This document shows positions 29,401 through 40,700 of a stretch of DNA of 64,000 nt, in pieces. The DNA is taken from assembly GCA_002633005.1 (NCBI GenBank), contig NMRA01000684.1:62001-126000 (forward strand), written 5' to 3'. A model generated the notes under the pieces. It was not told the DNA's origin, did not search any database, and was given only the letters and a program-made list of their open reading frames with translations. This DNA is from Phoronis australis. Lineage: Eukaryota; Animalia; Phoronida. Numbering within the stretch: position 1 is the first letter of the stretch; the number at the start of each line of letters is the position of its first letter. The position numbers were made by a program, and so were the translations under genes.

Positions 29401-32400
29401 TAAGCGACTGTAAAGCGATTGTGCTTGTACATGTCCATACACATTTCCTACCCATTAGAGTTAATTTTTGATCCTCTCATTCATGTTCTAAGTGAAATTA
29501 AAGTTCAAAGCCGCCGGTGATGGAACAGGATGAGGACCTGGCTTTCGCCTGATCACCAACTTATCTCCATGCAATAAGGCTTGCTGGCCTATAACATTTA
29601 ATGCATGCATACATGTTCACAAATTCCTATTCTGCGCTACAGCAAAGTTACCCGCATTTAATATCGAATATAGCAACACAAAATCAAACATTTTCACATT
29701 TAATCATACATGTGCAAATATGATTGACGGCAAAAGTGCAGTCACATGACTCGATGTTTTATGTTAATGAAAAAATATGTCAGACGGTTCTGAGCTACTT
29801 ATCACAATGGCAGGGGTAATTTGGGGTCAGTAATGCGTGACTACAGTTTACTTCACGCTGAACCTTCTTTTCTACTACTGTCTACAATATAACTTCGCTC
29901 CATAATCACTTTATTAGCGTTTTTTCTTGACGTGGCTGAGTTCAACCCGACCACGCGTCCCGTTCAGTACTGACGGCATGGCTTCCCTGGACTTCGAAAA
30001 TTTTCCCGGTATTTCCTTGAAACTGTTCGTAGCACAAAACGTCAAAATGTTCGATGCAGACTTTTCGTTTTGTCGCTAGGTCTAGTCCTTATTTGCGGCC
30101 ACAACTAATATATGCAATGCACGACTAGGTCAGACTAATGGGAACCCGATAACGGCAGAACGTGGAAATGCACTCCGTTACAGAAAACGTTACCGTGACT
30201 GTTCAGCACGCGCGACTTCAGCATTTAATCGGCATTAGTTGGTGAGTTTGACCTTTGACTTGTGTTGCGATGTTTTGAAATAGGATTTCAAGACGCATAG
30301 TCTCATTAAATTATGAATATGCAAGTGAAGTACTAATTTATAAACAACCCCGGGTCCTTCAAAGTGCCGGAAACCATCCGAGAACCAGATAGCATTACAA
30401 TCTCACAAAAGTCTCGTTTTGCGAGACTATTTTTATGTAAACCAGTATAGTAATATTTCATCGTTACCTTAATGAAACAAGGCGCAGTTTTTATTATTTG
30501 TTTATTTTATCATCAATTAACGATTGCGTAATATTTGGAATTACTAGAATTTTCTATACGTTCACACGTGTTTTAAGCGTATCAGATGTAGTGTTTTCTG
30601 TAAAAAGCAATTTATTTACAAACTGTTTCTGTTCTCTAACCGTTTAAACAAAAAATTCTTAGACGTACCCGTTTTTCATGGACGAGCTTCGTATCTAATG
30701 AGCATGGCCAGAAACACCCCGCGAAAATGTAAAATGTAACTTGTTCATGTAAACGGGTATGACAAGGACTCGTATATACTAATTTGTGTATGAAGTCTCA
30801 CTGCTAATAAAAATGAACGTTGGGATAAAATAACATCTAACTACTGTAAGGCGCGTTTGAGATTTCATTCTAGTAGAATGTACTATTTTCAATTATTCTC
30901 AGTGACAGAAAACCCACCATTCCTTACGTCTCTTTTTAGCAGAGTTCATCTGACATATACACTATGTACTATATATACATACACTATAACACAGTCATTT
31001 TCAAGACCCCTTTTCTTAATGGTCATATCAAATACATAAACAGAACGTGTCAGTATTTTCAGAAGTGCTAGCTTGAGTTGTATATCTTTAATTAACGCGG
31101 AAAGTTTATTACTTGAGTTGCTCCATTTGGGAAACCGATGACACGCCATCAGATGTACTGCGTAGATAAAGAGCATTTTTCATCAATAAAATCAGCGTCT
31201 CCGTGAAAGGGTGTAAATCACCATTAACGTCAAATTCATTCAACAGTAAACAAAAACGACTAGTTACGGCTTTGGGCGTTGCTTCTTCATTGTCACTACG
31301 ACTTCACTACGCTGTACCGATAACGTGAGGTGACTGAAAGAAACCCACTCTAGAGAGCATTATGTGCCCTAAATGCGTATATCGTAATGTGAAAGTTGTC
31401 ATTTGGGCCTAGCATAAACCACAAAGTCGCGGATCGGAGGCGCTTTCGCAGAGATGCCTACGGTTATTGTAGGCCAAATGCGACACAGGTCCTAGTTATT
31501 ATAGTAATAATTCGCGATTTTTTTCAGTAATAATTCTTTAGCCAATCAGAAGCCAGGAATAATTACTGGAATAAATATCAATTACTGTAATGAATATTTA
31601 TTACTGTAGTTATTCCTGGCATCTGATTGGTTTATTTATTCCAGTAATAAATATGCATTCCAGTAATAAATAACAATTACAGTAATCAATATTTAATATA
31701 GTAATTATTCTTAGCTTCTGGTTGGCTAAAGAATAAATCGCGAATTATTACTGTAACAAAAAGGAATTTTGCCACACTTGGCCTACCATGTTATCGTAGA
31801 CCCATTCTTCCATCGCCCGAGATACAACGTTCCGTTTGAGTATCTTACATGATGGAACTGTTTTAATTGCATGATATGATTTTTCGCACTTAAGACTGAT
31901 TAAAAATCTGAAAAGATCTCGAATGAATTAACTTACAGTATAGTACTGAACGTTAAAATATTTATGCACAACGGCTAGTGTTCATAGTAACTCAACATAA
32001 ACACGTGCTACTTCGCCCGGGAGGCCCAAAACTGCTACAACATCACGGCCGGAAAACTAAAGTGATATTGCAGTGGGCTCTTGGATAGTGAGGTCATGTT
32101 GTCTGTGATAGTCGTTTCGTACAGTAGATATCACATATATCTTGTTGATTCTGAGAGAAACTCCGTTAAAACGTTAATTATAGTTTAAGCTACAACCTGT
32201 GAATAGACCAATGTCAGGTAACAAAATGAATGCCGCACAACAGATGTGCACCGCATCCCGTTTTCAACTTCTCTCTGTTGTATGTATTCGTACATGCAGT
32301 TTTCACACTTTCTGGGGCGCAGGACGTGTTATTCCGGGTGGCTAAATAATTACTGTGTCTCAGCATTGGGACTCACACGACAGCACAAAAGTTGCTGCTG

Positions 32401-35400
32401 GTTTATTTAATATATAAAAACAGCAATTCCAGCGAGGTTGAAAATTGTGCGTTACGAAAGTGAAGCACTGTGGGCAAATACCGCACTTGCCCAGTAACAC
32501 CTCATGATTTCGAAGGACTTGCTCAGGATGACGACTTCTCCAACAACTGCACGTGCTGTATGACGTCACAAATACCTTCATAAACAACGTCATACATATA
32601 TCTTTACTATTGATCAATAGATCAAGAAAGGACGGGTGCGGATTTTCTTATCCCAGATGCAAATTGTTTTACGTTCAACAGTTAATGGTATCGTTGTCTT
32701 AATTAATCAGTCTAGATGGAGTCGTAATGGATAGGGTCGAAATAATAATGCATTTTAGCATGAAACGAATGGACACCCCGGCAGATCAAACGAGAGCACT
32801 TTACATTGATTTACGGATGTTTCGTGGAAACTTGAAGAAATACGTAAATCTAGCGCAGATTTACACTTTGACTCTGCCCGTAGCTGTACAAACGTCTTAA
32901 TTCGGAATCGATCTTTCTGGGCATAATTCAACCTGAACTGAAGTTGTAGTCGAAAACTTAAAATCTCCAATACTCGCCCACTACTTAAAGTGTCTATGAA
33001 CCCCTGTTCTCTCCAAGAATGATTTTTTTATTTATACCACTTACCACTACGGAAATGATCTAAACGAGTGACGTGATTTTTGGGTTTGAACTGCAAAGAA
33101 GTGACTGCTTGTTATTTCCCGAGACCATGCTTGGCGCATAAAATGACCCGCCGTGACAAGCTAACTTGCAGAGCCTGTTCTGAAGCAATCATCGCAACCA
33201 ACAGTCAGATCTTTCAAATCCCTGAAATCGCCTCAAATTTGAGGAAGTCTCAATATGCGACCAATTGTACAACCCTTAAGTAGTATGGTGTCTGAATCCA
33301 AATTATTTTTCTTTGATGGAAGGTGGATTAAAAGGACAGATAATTCACGCCTTCTCAGTGTAAAAAACGATGTTGGTCACTTGCTGTTATAAAATCAGTC
33401 TCATCTCCATCCTTACTCTTGTTAGAAATGATTTCTAGACTTGACAAGAACTGACGCTTCGTTATTTCTTCACTAGGCTCATGAAGTCTGCTTGTCACGG
33501 CGAGTTGGTTTCAGCGCGGCCAACGGAGTAGTTTGGTCGTTAGGGAAACTTCGATTGTTATATTACAACCGATTTCAAATGCTATGAACACCAGTGACGT
33601 GGCTTTGGAAGAGTTGCCAATGTGAAGGCCGTTTTTGATTCCAGAACGAGTTTACAATTTCAGCATTTAAAAAAATTAAATATGAGCAGATAGTCCAACT
33701 GTTCGTGTTGTATTGAGAATTCAGATTTCACGCATCACACCAGTCTCAGCTGAAGGAATACACAGTGTTCAACTGCAACGACGTAACTGCAAACCATGAA
33801 CAACATTTTGTTGACACGGATCCCCAGCATAAAAGTCAACACTACTAATCACATCCGTTTGTGACTGGCACTTCTTGTGCCAGAAAACTACTAGTAATGC
33901 GCCGAAGCGATGTCCAACCGACACGGTGAAACGGACGGATTAAATGAATTAAGCTGTTACACGATAGGTTCATAATTTGCTAATAAGTTATTTTTAAATC
34001 GACCCTCCGCCAAATGACATTTAAAAAATAAATACGTATAGCACAATGCATGCTTCGGGCTGTGCAAGTGACTTGCATGATTTCCGAGTGTCTATTTTTG
34101 GTATTTACTCGGTTTTGTATTGTTTCTAAGGTTTACTGATGTTTAAGCACTGAAAGTGACGGCCTTTTTGCTTTTTAACACTTGAGAAGCTGACATGACT
34201 AGGAAGTTTTCGTGTAGCAATTTACAAACTGCAGTTCATAAATGCCACAGTGAATAACAAATGTAAGGAATCGATTGCAATTCAAAGTCAATTCTTTAAC
34301 AACAACTTATCACGATGAAGAAAATGGAAATTTATTTGCTTGTTTCAGTCATTATGACGTGATGACTTGACATTTGATCACGCGCTCAACCGGCGGCCGG
34401 TTCGATTTAATGTGAAGCTGTTCAATTAGCTAAGTTCATGAGCATGTTGATGCCCACCGTGTATGCGCGTACTGAGGCCCTTGCGCTTGTACGTGAGGGT
34501 GTGCCTTTTTGCAAAACACTTGAGCAAGGCCCATCGCACAATTTTTTAAATATAGTGAATCAAGCTTAACTTATTCGTTACAAAACGATGGACATGTACG
34601 ATATTTGGCTTCGTCACTTAGACACATGTTGTCAAATTAAGGATTCTTCGATTCTTGAATCAAGGTGTCGTAATCTTGTGAAAATTCGTTCATGCAGATT
34701 TTACGCAGACGATAAAGGATTGTTGTCGACAAAGAATGTCCTTTAATACTTATCTGTATTTTTATGAACAAGATTGAATTCAAATTTGAAAATTATCCTA
34801 CTCTAAATATATCACGGCACGCTTTCGCTGTTCAAACCACAAACTGTTAATATTGCAGTAGGCTGACACTTAAATATTGACCGGGCAGAAAGAGTGTGCC
34901 CTTGTTCTAATATCATTGAAGAAAAATACCATTTTCTTTTAAATTGTTATACAATCATACCTTGAAATTAGAGAGACATATATGCACAAGTATTACTGCA
35001 AGTAACCTTCGCTAATAAATTCGCGCGCACCCGGGGGGGGGGAGCTCGGGAGGTTGAACGAGTTCCCCACTTGGCGAAGTGGGCAAAAAGGTTTGCCTCT
35101 GAGAAACAAAACTCCGAAAAAAGTAGAAAACGAGTCAAAAGTTAACTAAAAAGGCGTTTTCGCTGCACTGTTTTGGCAAGACCGCTTACTTCGAAGGATA
35201 TACATGCACAGTGATGGGAGGCCTTCGTTTAGAGTCGCATTAATCAACTTTTTTGTAGAGCTTAGCGAACGTGTTTTGACTCCAAGTTCCGCTAAAAAAC
35301 GACTCGGGTGGTGAGGAAATAAAACTCCTCGTTCGAGGTGCTACAAAAAACGACTCTTTAATTCATGGACAGCTCGTCTTTCTGACTAAAACGCTGACGA

Positions 35401-37479
35401 TTTAGCCAGGGAAACTGTGTCAGCGTTTTGTTGCCACTCTATGTGGACCTACATGTTGTATTTCGTCATGCAGTACATGACAAAGATTATAGACATGGTC
35501 ACCAGTTGAAAAAATGGGGAACCCACATCACCACAGAAACGTTTTTCTGTCGGTGGAAATCTTTTGTAACAGGTTAGTAAAGGGTAATGCGTTTTGAAAA
35601 AAGTGTAATTGGTGCCTATAGTTGTAAACATGCACGTTTTGTGTAATAGTCATCGTAGGGCTAACCAGTATAATATGAGCTTGGGCGTAGACGCAAGAAT
35701 CTCGCGAAAGGAGCTTGCGTGATCATGTCCTTCTCTTGGGTATACAGGGCGATATCTTGCGAAGTGCTACGTGACCTTGCGTTTTCTCGAGGGTTCTCGC
35801 GTCCCCGGAACGCGCGCCCGATTTTCACAGATGGATTCTCGTTAACTCGCGTTGAATACAGAGCATTGAAGGGTTCTGTTACAGTCGTTGCCGTTTCACC
35901 AGTGCACCTCTGTGTAAACGAAGATAATGGAGCAAACATTCAACAACCTTGAAAACCTACCATTAAAAGCAAATAGCTCTGAACTGACCTGTGAATTTAA
36001 CGCGCCTGTTCCGAGGTATAATTCAAGTTTTAGAGAAGATATTCACGACATGGCCTACTAGCAGATGTGCATTTGTAGTTATGCGTTCGTTTACAAAACT
36101 GAAGTCATAGGTTTCGCTTGCGTCGTGTTAGCTCTGCCTAAATCGATTGAAATTAAAAAAGTAATTTCAACATAAGTATTACTTGGAAGTGTACAAAATC
36201 AACCTTTCCTGTTGCAGTTCTATACGAATGTTTCACGCACTAGTTTGTTTGGCTCCGACCGTAAGCCTATATGTGATACCAGAATTACGCACGTACTACT
36301 CGCTCGACGTGTTCTTAGAAAATTACAGGAATGTCAGTGCACGTCAACAGTTCATGACGAGATACGCGACCTTATAGATAGATTTTTGACTTGCTGAAAA
36401 TCCCAATAATTCATCTAACACACGTATGATGACCAGCTTACTTATATCGGGTATCGCCTCTAAAACCAGGCAATTTTATGGCACGTGCGTGAACACGCGC
36501 CTTTGTACTGCAGTGGTTACCATCCGCCCGTGATCAGTTTAAACCCAAAGGTTAGCAAATCTAAAACTGCGTCGAGGATATTCGTTTCCGTACGAGACTC
36601 ATTTCCAACTATGCGGCTGTCGATTAGGATTTAATGAACGGACCATAAAATGTGATCAGCTCTCGACATTCATTAACTTTAACAAAAATACACCAAACGT
36701 TTTTGCCACGGGGTTAAACGTTCGCCCTGTATTTCCAGAGTAAATGTCCGAGTAAATGTCGGTTTCAATTAAAGCCAACGGGAACATAAGAATTCCAACC
36801 CCAAGTCTTTGTCGAAATTCAGAAGGATGTACAGTAACATTTCTGAAACATTTCCTATCCACATTCTTGGCTATTTTTTCAGTCTGTCGTTATTTTCAAC
36901 ATAGAACGCATTATTTATAAAACGGTTCATCAGCTTACTGGGTAGACGCACATGTTTAATATTAAAGATAAGAACAATTTTGGATAAAAAAACAATAAAA
37001 AAGCACCTCATTAATAACTACATAAATATTGCACAGATAAATGCAACAACTGACGTTGATAACATTGTTCCGTACTTTCGTTTCAACTCACCTTTGATGA
37101 AACCCACGGCCTTATCAACACCGATAGTATCGCTATCACAGTCATCTTGTATGATAACTCCCAGTTTGTAGCCCTTCAAAAAGTTTGCGTCATTGTTTGT
37201 GAGATCTAGTGTATGGAGGATGGCTTCAACAACTTCTACCCCTCCGTGCGTCACCACGGGTCCGCACGTGAATGCGTCACTCTTTTCGTGCACGCGCACA
37301 ATCACCCCCAGCATGACGTCTCCTTGAATTTTCACTTTCGTCTTCCTTGGCCAGTTTTGTTTGTCGTAAAGGCACTGGTCGCCATTGCTTTCAGCAATTT
37401 CGTAACGAACATTAGGGGACTGCCCTCCGACTGCCAACGACAATGAAATGGCGAGGAGTTGAAGTAAGTATTTTTCCAT
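105..37479 (-). CDS. Metabotropic glutamate receptor-like class C GPCR, spliced gene span (signal peptide + Venus flytrap domain; CRD/7TM lie beyond the left edge)
   Basis: Eight phase-compatible GT-AG exons: 37479-37092, 10626-10487, 9912-9742, 9063-8928, 7930-7788, 5280-5144 (or duplicates 4531-4389/1807-1671), 1132-970, 219-105. Motifs: GDVMLG, EAILHTLD, LGVIIQDDC, IIGVIGGTSSATSIQIA, STSPELS..RYPYFLRTLPSD, NWTYVS, RNPWFAEYWEETFDC. Confidence 0.93.
970..1132 (-). CDS. mGluR-like exon 7 (RYESAD...KNCTGNE...KQEPLILQAHTAVMAYSKMLQ)
   Basis: Acceptor TTTACAG, donor CAG|GTAAAC; 163 nt, phase 2 to 0; 'CTG.E' and 'AV.A.A..L' motifs. Confidence 0.88.
1671..1807 (-). CDS. mGluR-like exon 6, copy A (duplicate/allelic)
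   Basis: Identical by eye to 5144-5280; splice sites intact. Confidence 0.85.
2502..2645 (+). mobile_element. Short 5'-truncated poly(A) retroposon insertion with target-site duplication
   Basis: TTGTGCATGTC(AT)TCTAGTA duplicated at 2502-2519 and 2626-2645; insert ends AATAAACGTATT+A-rich tail; absent from the second copy (empty site ~5960-5980). Confidence 0.8.
4389..4531 (-). CDS. mGluR-like exon 5, copy A (duplicate/allelic)
   Basis: Three differences from 7788-7930 (two synonymous, one K/M); splice sites intact. Confidence 0.7.
4613..5107. other. Assembly gap (495 N)
   Basis: Run of N. Confidence 1.
5144..5280 (-). CDS. mGluR-like exon 6, copy B (LEGAIVVQP...RNPWFAEYWEETFDC)
   Basis: Acceptor CACAG, donor CAG|GTAAGA; 137 nt, phase 0 to 2; RNPWF.E.W motif. 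Confidence 0.85.
7788..7930 (-). CDS. mGluR-like exon 5, copy B (GVIVFGYHKDIGKLMKAV...FVWISGTTWTGK...KEQ)
   Basis: Acceptor GCCAG, donor CAA|GTATGG; 143 nt, phase 1 to 0. Confidence 0.88.
8928..9063 (-). CDS. mGluR-like exon 4 (SVNELDRLLREANICTAVT...IVKKLREDPNAK)
   Basis: Acceptor TTTATTAG, donor AAG|GTACTT; 136 nt, phase 0 to 1; aligns with mGluR 'ICIA...I..LL..PNAR'. Confidence 0.88.
9742..9912 (-). CDS. mGluR-like exon 3 (ISHSSTSPELSNRERYPYFLRTLPSD...NWTYVSTVIDNNFYGSQ)
   Basis: Acceptor TCCAG, donor CAG|GTAATT; 171 nt, phase 0 to 0; hallmark class C GPCR motif. Confidence 0.95.
10487..10626 (-). CDS. mGluR-like exon 2 (GGNSIEGNSC...EIIGVIGGTSSATSIQIASLLKLFKKPQ)
   Basis: Acceptor TGCAG, donor CAG|GTGACT; 140 nt, phase 1 to 0; matches the mGluR 'VGVIG..SS.VSI.VA.LL.LF.IPQ' motif. 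Confidence 0.92.
11353..11615 (+). repeat. (GAT/ATG)n trinucleotide microsatellite, imperfect
   Basis: Directly visible; produces spurious poly-M/H/I ORFs. Confidence 0.98.
14228..15064 (+). repeat. Degenerate ~120-bp minisatellite interrupted by ~380 bp of unrelated sequence
   Basis: Recurring AAGTACACGTGTA..GTCGTCTAA..ACAGCAGTGCATTGAGGCCCCTA near 14285, 14405 and 14930, with partial units at 14865 and 14975. Confidence 0.8.
15441..15581 (+). repeat. ~140-bp dispersed repeat family, copy 1
   Basis: Matches reverse-oriented copies at ~21896-22030 and ~35668-35820 (shared TTGCGAGATTTTTGCGTCTACGGAACTCA end). Confidence 0.75.
15590..15781. mobile_element. MITE with GGGCCC termini (PIF/Harbinger-like)
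   Basis: Left GGGCCCGTTTGACTA vs right (reverse complement) GGGCCCATTTCACAA; flanks CAG/CAA resemble a 3-bp CWG target duplication. Confidence 0.5.
16375..16665 (+). repeat. Diverged dispersed repeat, copy 1 (TTAAAGGACA start, Kolobok-like end)
   Basis: Aligns by eye with 33328-33613 (AAAATC.GTCTC.TCTC..TC.TTACTC...TTAGAA.TGAT.TCTAGACTTGA.AAGAAC). Confidence 0.7.
16850..16925 (-). mobile_element. tRNA-derived SINE head / tRNA pseudogene fragment
   Basis: Minus strand has an A-box-like GTCGCTGAATGGT and B-box GGTTCGAAACC at tRNA-like spacing; no clean acceptor stem. Confidence 0.45.
17469..17633. repeat. Near-perfect ~165-bp palindrome (foldback element)
   Basis: ATAGATTATT..ATGTTCTCAGTCGTTATCCCC..TCTAGAGC..GTGGATTTTGGAGAATTATCGCCTGA is mirrored in reverse complement around a ~6-nt loop at ~17550. 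Confidence 0.92.
21896..22030 (-). repeat. ~140-bp dispersed repeat family, copy 2
   Basis: TGAGTTCCTTAGACGCAAAAATCTTGCGAAG...CACGCCGG is the reverse complement of copy 1. Confidence 0.75.
22111..22289 (+). mobile_element. ~180-bp MITE, copy 1
   Basis: TIR TGACCTATCGC..GCGATAGGTCA; clearly similar second copy at 27329-27507. Confidence 0.8.
26253..26558. mobile_element. Non-autonomous CACTA/EnSpm-like element
   Basis: ~50-bp TIRs (CAC...TAACGGACTGCAAAACACC.TGTCG.AC.CAA.AACACGA.TCAC), TA on both flanks, internal subterminal repeats (GAGTCCG..CGTGTTT). Confidence 0.75.
27329..27507 (+). mobile_element. ~180-bp MITE, copy 2
   Basis: CAGGATTTTGAGTGACGGCTTAA...GGAGCTTGCTATAGGTCAA matches 22111-22289. 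Confidence 0.8.
31472..31783. mobile_element. Foldback/MITE with ~100-bp imperfect TIRs
   Basis: TA|GGCCAA...AGTAATAATTCGCGATTT...TTCTTTAGCCAATCAGAAGC mirrored at the right end ...TTGGCC|TA; interior built from AGTAAT/ATTACT repeats. Confidence 0.8.
33328..33613 (+). repeat. Diverged dispersed repeat, copy 2
   Basis: See 16375-16665. Confidence 0.7.
34590..35020 (+). mobile_element. Decayed non-LTR retrotransposon ORF2 3' end (Cys/His zinc-knuckle region)
   Basis: Frameshifted translation ARFRCSNHKL / NIAVG*HLNIDRAERVCPCSNIIEEKYHFLLNC resembles the 'RLSSH.L.IE.GR...R..R.C..C...EDE.HF...C' LINE C-terminus. Confidence 0.7.
35668..35820 (-). repeat. ~140-bp dispersed repeat family, copy 3
   Basis: GTAGACGCAAGAATCTCGCGAAAGGAGCT... 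similar to copy 2. Confidence 0.65.
37092..37479 (-). CDS. mGluR-like exon 1 (signal peptide MEKYLLQLLAISLSLAVGG..., VFT start)
   Basis: ORF from ATG 37479 to ...KAVGFIKG; donor AAG|GTGAGT at 37091; 388 nt, ends phase 1. Confidence 0.93.
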
Positions 37480-37726
37480 TACATAATCTTAAGAAATCAA
37501 ACTTCAGTCCGCGTGTCGGTAAGTGCCAGTATAAAAGTATCGCTTGATAGATCTTCACCGAGTGTGTTCCAAATCGATAAGACGCTTTCTATAACAGCGA
37601 ATTCTGAGAGAATTTTTCACACACACTCTGCCAGTACTAATCCGATAAAACGACTCAAATGATTCCGTGCGATGGGTTTGATAATTGTTCAACTACTCTC
37701 GCTTCCACTACCAGCAGACGGCGCAT

Positions 37727-37738
37727 GGTCACGTGACC
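37727..37738. promoter_or_regulatory. Perfect palindromic E-box GGTCACGTGACC ~250 nt upstream of the mGluR-like ATG
   Basis: Contains GTCACGTGAC (USF/MiT-TFE class site); position fits a proximal promoter, function untested. Confidence 0.35.
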
Positions 37739-40700
37739 GATCGAGTTTTGAGGTTTGAAAAGCTGAACTCGTTGGAATTTAAGTCATCGCGCATTGCTGA
37801 AACGAATTTGTCGTTCATTGCAGAAGCCAAAGAAAGAAATTCGAAATCAAACGACGTGACGTTGTAGAAATATGCTCATCAACGTCAAAACGGAGAACCC
37901 GAAACTTAATCAATATTCGCGGCGCTGATAAAAAAATCTAAAAAATCGTCTCAAGTGACGAAAACTGTAACAGCCAGCGATAAGACAGAAGAAAATAGCG
38001 TAACTGGTTCAGGTCTGCACCCGGCTCATTTTGAAACCTGGGTCTCAATGTTTAAAGAAAAAAGACCGCGCTCGCGTCAATTTTAGCTGCATTCTATTCT
38101 TTCTAAAGCTAAACAAAATCTACAGTAGATTATCTAGTTTTTGAACGAAGTAGCTTGATCAAATTTCGGAACGTAAGTGTCTCAGACGCGGTCAGCCCTT
38201 TCCATCCGGTCGTTAGGCGTACCACGGTCTGGTCTAAAATGTGGTAAAGGGACATTTGCTGAAAAAATGTCTTCGTAAGCTGTAGAAACAGCATGTTTTT
38301 TGCGCCCAGGAGCCTCCCCGGCTGTTCCCCATTTGTGTACAGAATGAGTGCTGGACCTCTAAAACCGACTCAGCACACCTAATTGAGCTAGTTCACACAG
38401 GTGGTCATTTCGAAATGTGCAACTAAAACAAGACCCCACCAGCACATCAATTCTCAAAAAATACAGACCATAAACAAGTATTCTTTTTGGCCTATACTGG
38501 GGCCCAATAGTCAATAACAACTGCAAGTGACATGCTTAGTCATGATGGCAAAACGTTTTGTTTTGGTGACTACGTGTAGATGCCCTCAGTCGTCAACGAT
38601 CAGCCTTTCAAAACTATTTGTGGTTGATTCTTATTTGAAGTGTGTTACTGTAATCAGGAAAGGAGGTAATGCGCTATAAATGTAGCTGTTTACTGGAGCT
38701 AATGAGAACATCTGTAAGCACTGTCGAGCAGATCAGCCGTCAACGGTCTCAACTAAGCTCGGTACGCTACTCGCGAACATTAAAATGGTAGCCAGCGAAG
38801 TGATTTGTCGGCGAGGCTGGAGTGCTGAATAACGGGACGCATGTTGTTTCCGTTCCACAAGCGAAGATATTCCGCCGTAAGTGCCTCGCGAGTGTCTTTA
38901 TTACGTAATACATGAGCTTTGTGAGATTAATTACAATCAGTTGCAATCAATACTGAATGCTAATATAGATGCACAAATCGTATTTTAATCTAGCTTTGAT
39001 AGATCAATAAAGTTATCAATTTATTTTTAAGACTCTGCTTCCCATTCAAATCAGTTCAGGATGTAGTACGGTTTGTCGTCTCAGTAAAATATTCCTTCAT
39101 CAGACCGCCGAGATCTGGATCGTTAACCTACATCATCATTCTATAGTCAAATCTCGGCGCGAATAGGTCATGTGATCAGTGTCACATCTACCGTTGTTAT
39201 TCTTTGACCGCAATTACCAACTCATTCGAAGAGTTGGATAGCCGTCTTGCTTGGTATCTACCACTTTTAAAATTGCTATCAGAATATCGGAAGACTTGCT
39301 GAACTCATAGTGATATTGACTTCAAACAACTGACGTGAGAAGCATTTGATAGTTCTGCTTTGTACAATAAAGAGGACAAAGGAGGTATATGGATAGATCT
39401 ATAAAGACAATTAGATAAAATATCATAAATCCGTGTAAGAAGCACGTTACAACACAGCGCATGTTCTAAAAAACACCTGTACATAGTGGTACCGAAAACA
39501 AAAGGCGTGACTCGCGTTCCATAGATTCAAAACGCTCGCAATGCTCTTGCGGCGAGAATCATCGGTTATGAAAAGGAAATGATGAATTCTACCCGTCATT
39601 CAGCATTTTAGCCTCACTGACAAATCATTTCATTGGCCGCTATCTCACTACTGCTGGGCCGGGGTAGGCTAGCAAGGTCCCGAGCATACTCGTGAAACAC
39701 TCGTATTTCATATGCGTGATTTTGCTCGAGTTTATTGTGGCTACTAGTACGGACCGAACCTGGTGAATCGACCAGGCGTCACTTACACTGGACATACCGC
39801 TAAGGTAGCAGCTGTTTGCCAGGTAAGAAATGGTGACGTCAAGGCAAAAGTAGTAGAAGTCTGCAGCTGATTTATAAATTTAAGTTTAAAATATATGGTC
39901 CCCGAGACATGCCTCACGATGTTAGTTATGACAAACTACTATTCAGTGAAGTGAAGGCCAATTACATTTCTTAATAGCAGTTTTAATCATTATACCACAA
40001 GTTCAGAGTAACTCGGTAGTCACATCACATCATATGTAAGTGTAAACGGCACTTTTAGACAGCTAGCAAACTAGACGTGTTTAAGTAAGCGAGACTAATT
40101 TCTTGTGTATTACACGACTGTCTTGTTGTGCATTTAGTTGTGTATGTGTGCACATCTGTTTACTGTACATTATATTTTGTTCAGTATCTTTGTAATTTGC
40201 ATATTTAATGTGTACACTTTCTGCCATAAATTAATATTCATTCGATTTCGTTATACATTGTCTCCACTTATATTTATGAAATAGAGCGTTTGTCTTTTCT
40301 GACAAACCTCCCTGTAAAAAAGGGTTCACCTCATGGCTTTAGAAAAACTCTTCATACAAGTCCGTTTGCGCATCGGGGCTCTACAAAAAGGTTTCGTATT
40401 CTTTTTGCCGGGTTTGCCAGGTTAAGAATACACTCCAGTATTGTAATTCAATAATCTTGGCCTCTGTGGGGGTGTTGTTACATGGAACAAACCTTTGCAA
40501 ACACGTCGACCAGCCTAGCAGAGTTTGCCGCAAGGGAAAACCTCTTATCAAATCTTGATGCAGCTCCAGGCTATCAGCGCGCCTACTTAGCTGCTAGCAG
40601 TGAGTCGAATTAACTGTGGTTTTAATACAGTATATGAGCTAGTGTAGAGTGTAAATCAGTTGTCAACTTTCAAGTCCGTTCACGTTTTCACGAATCAGCT

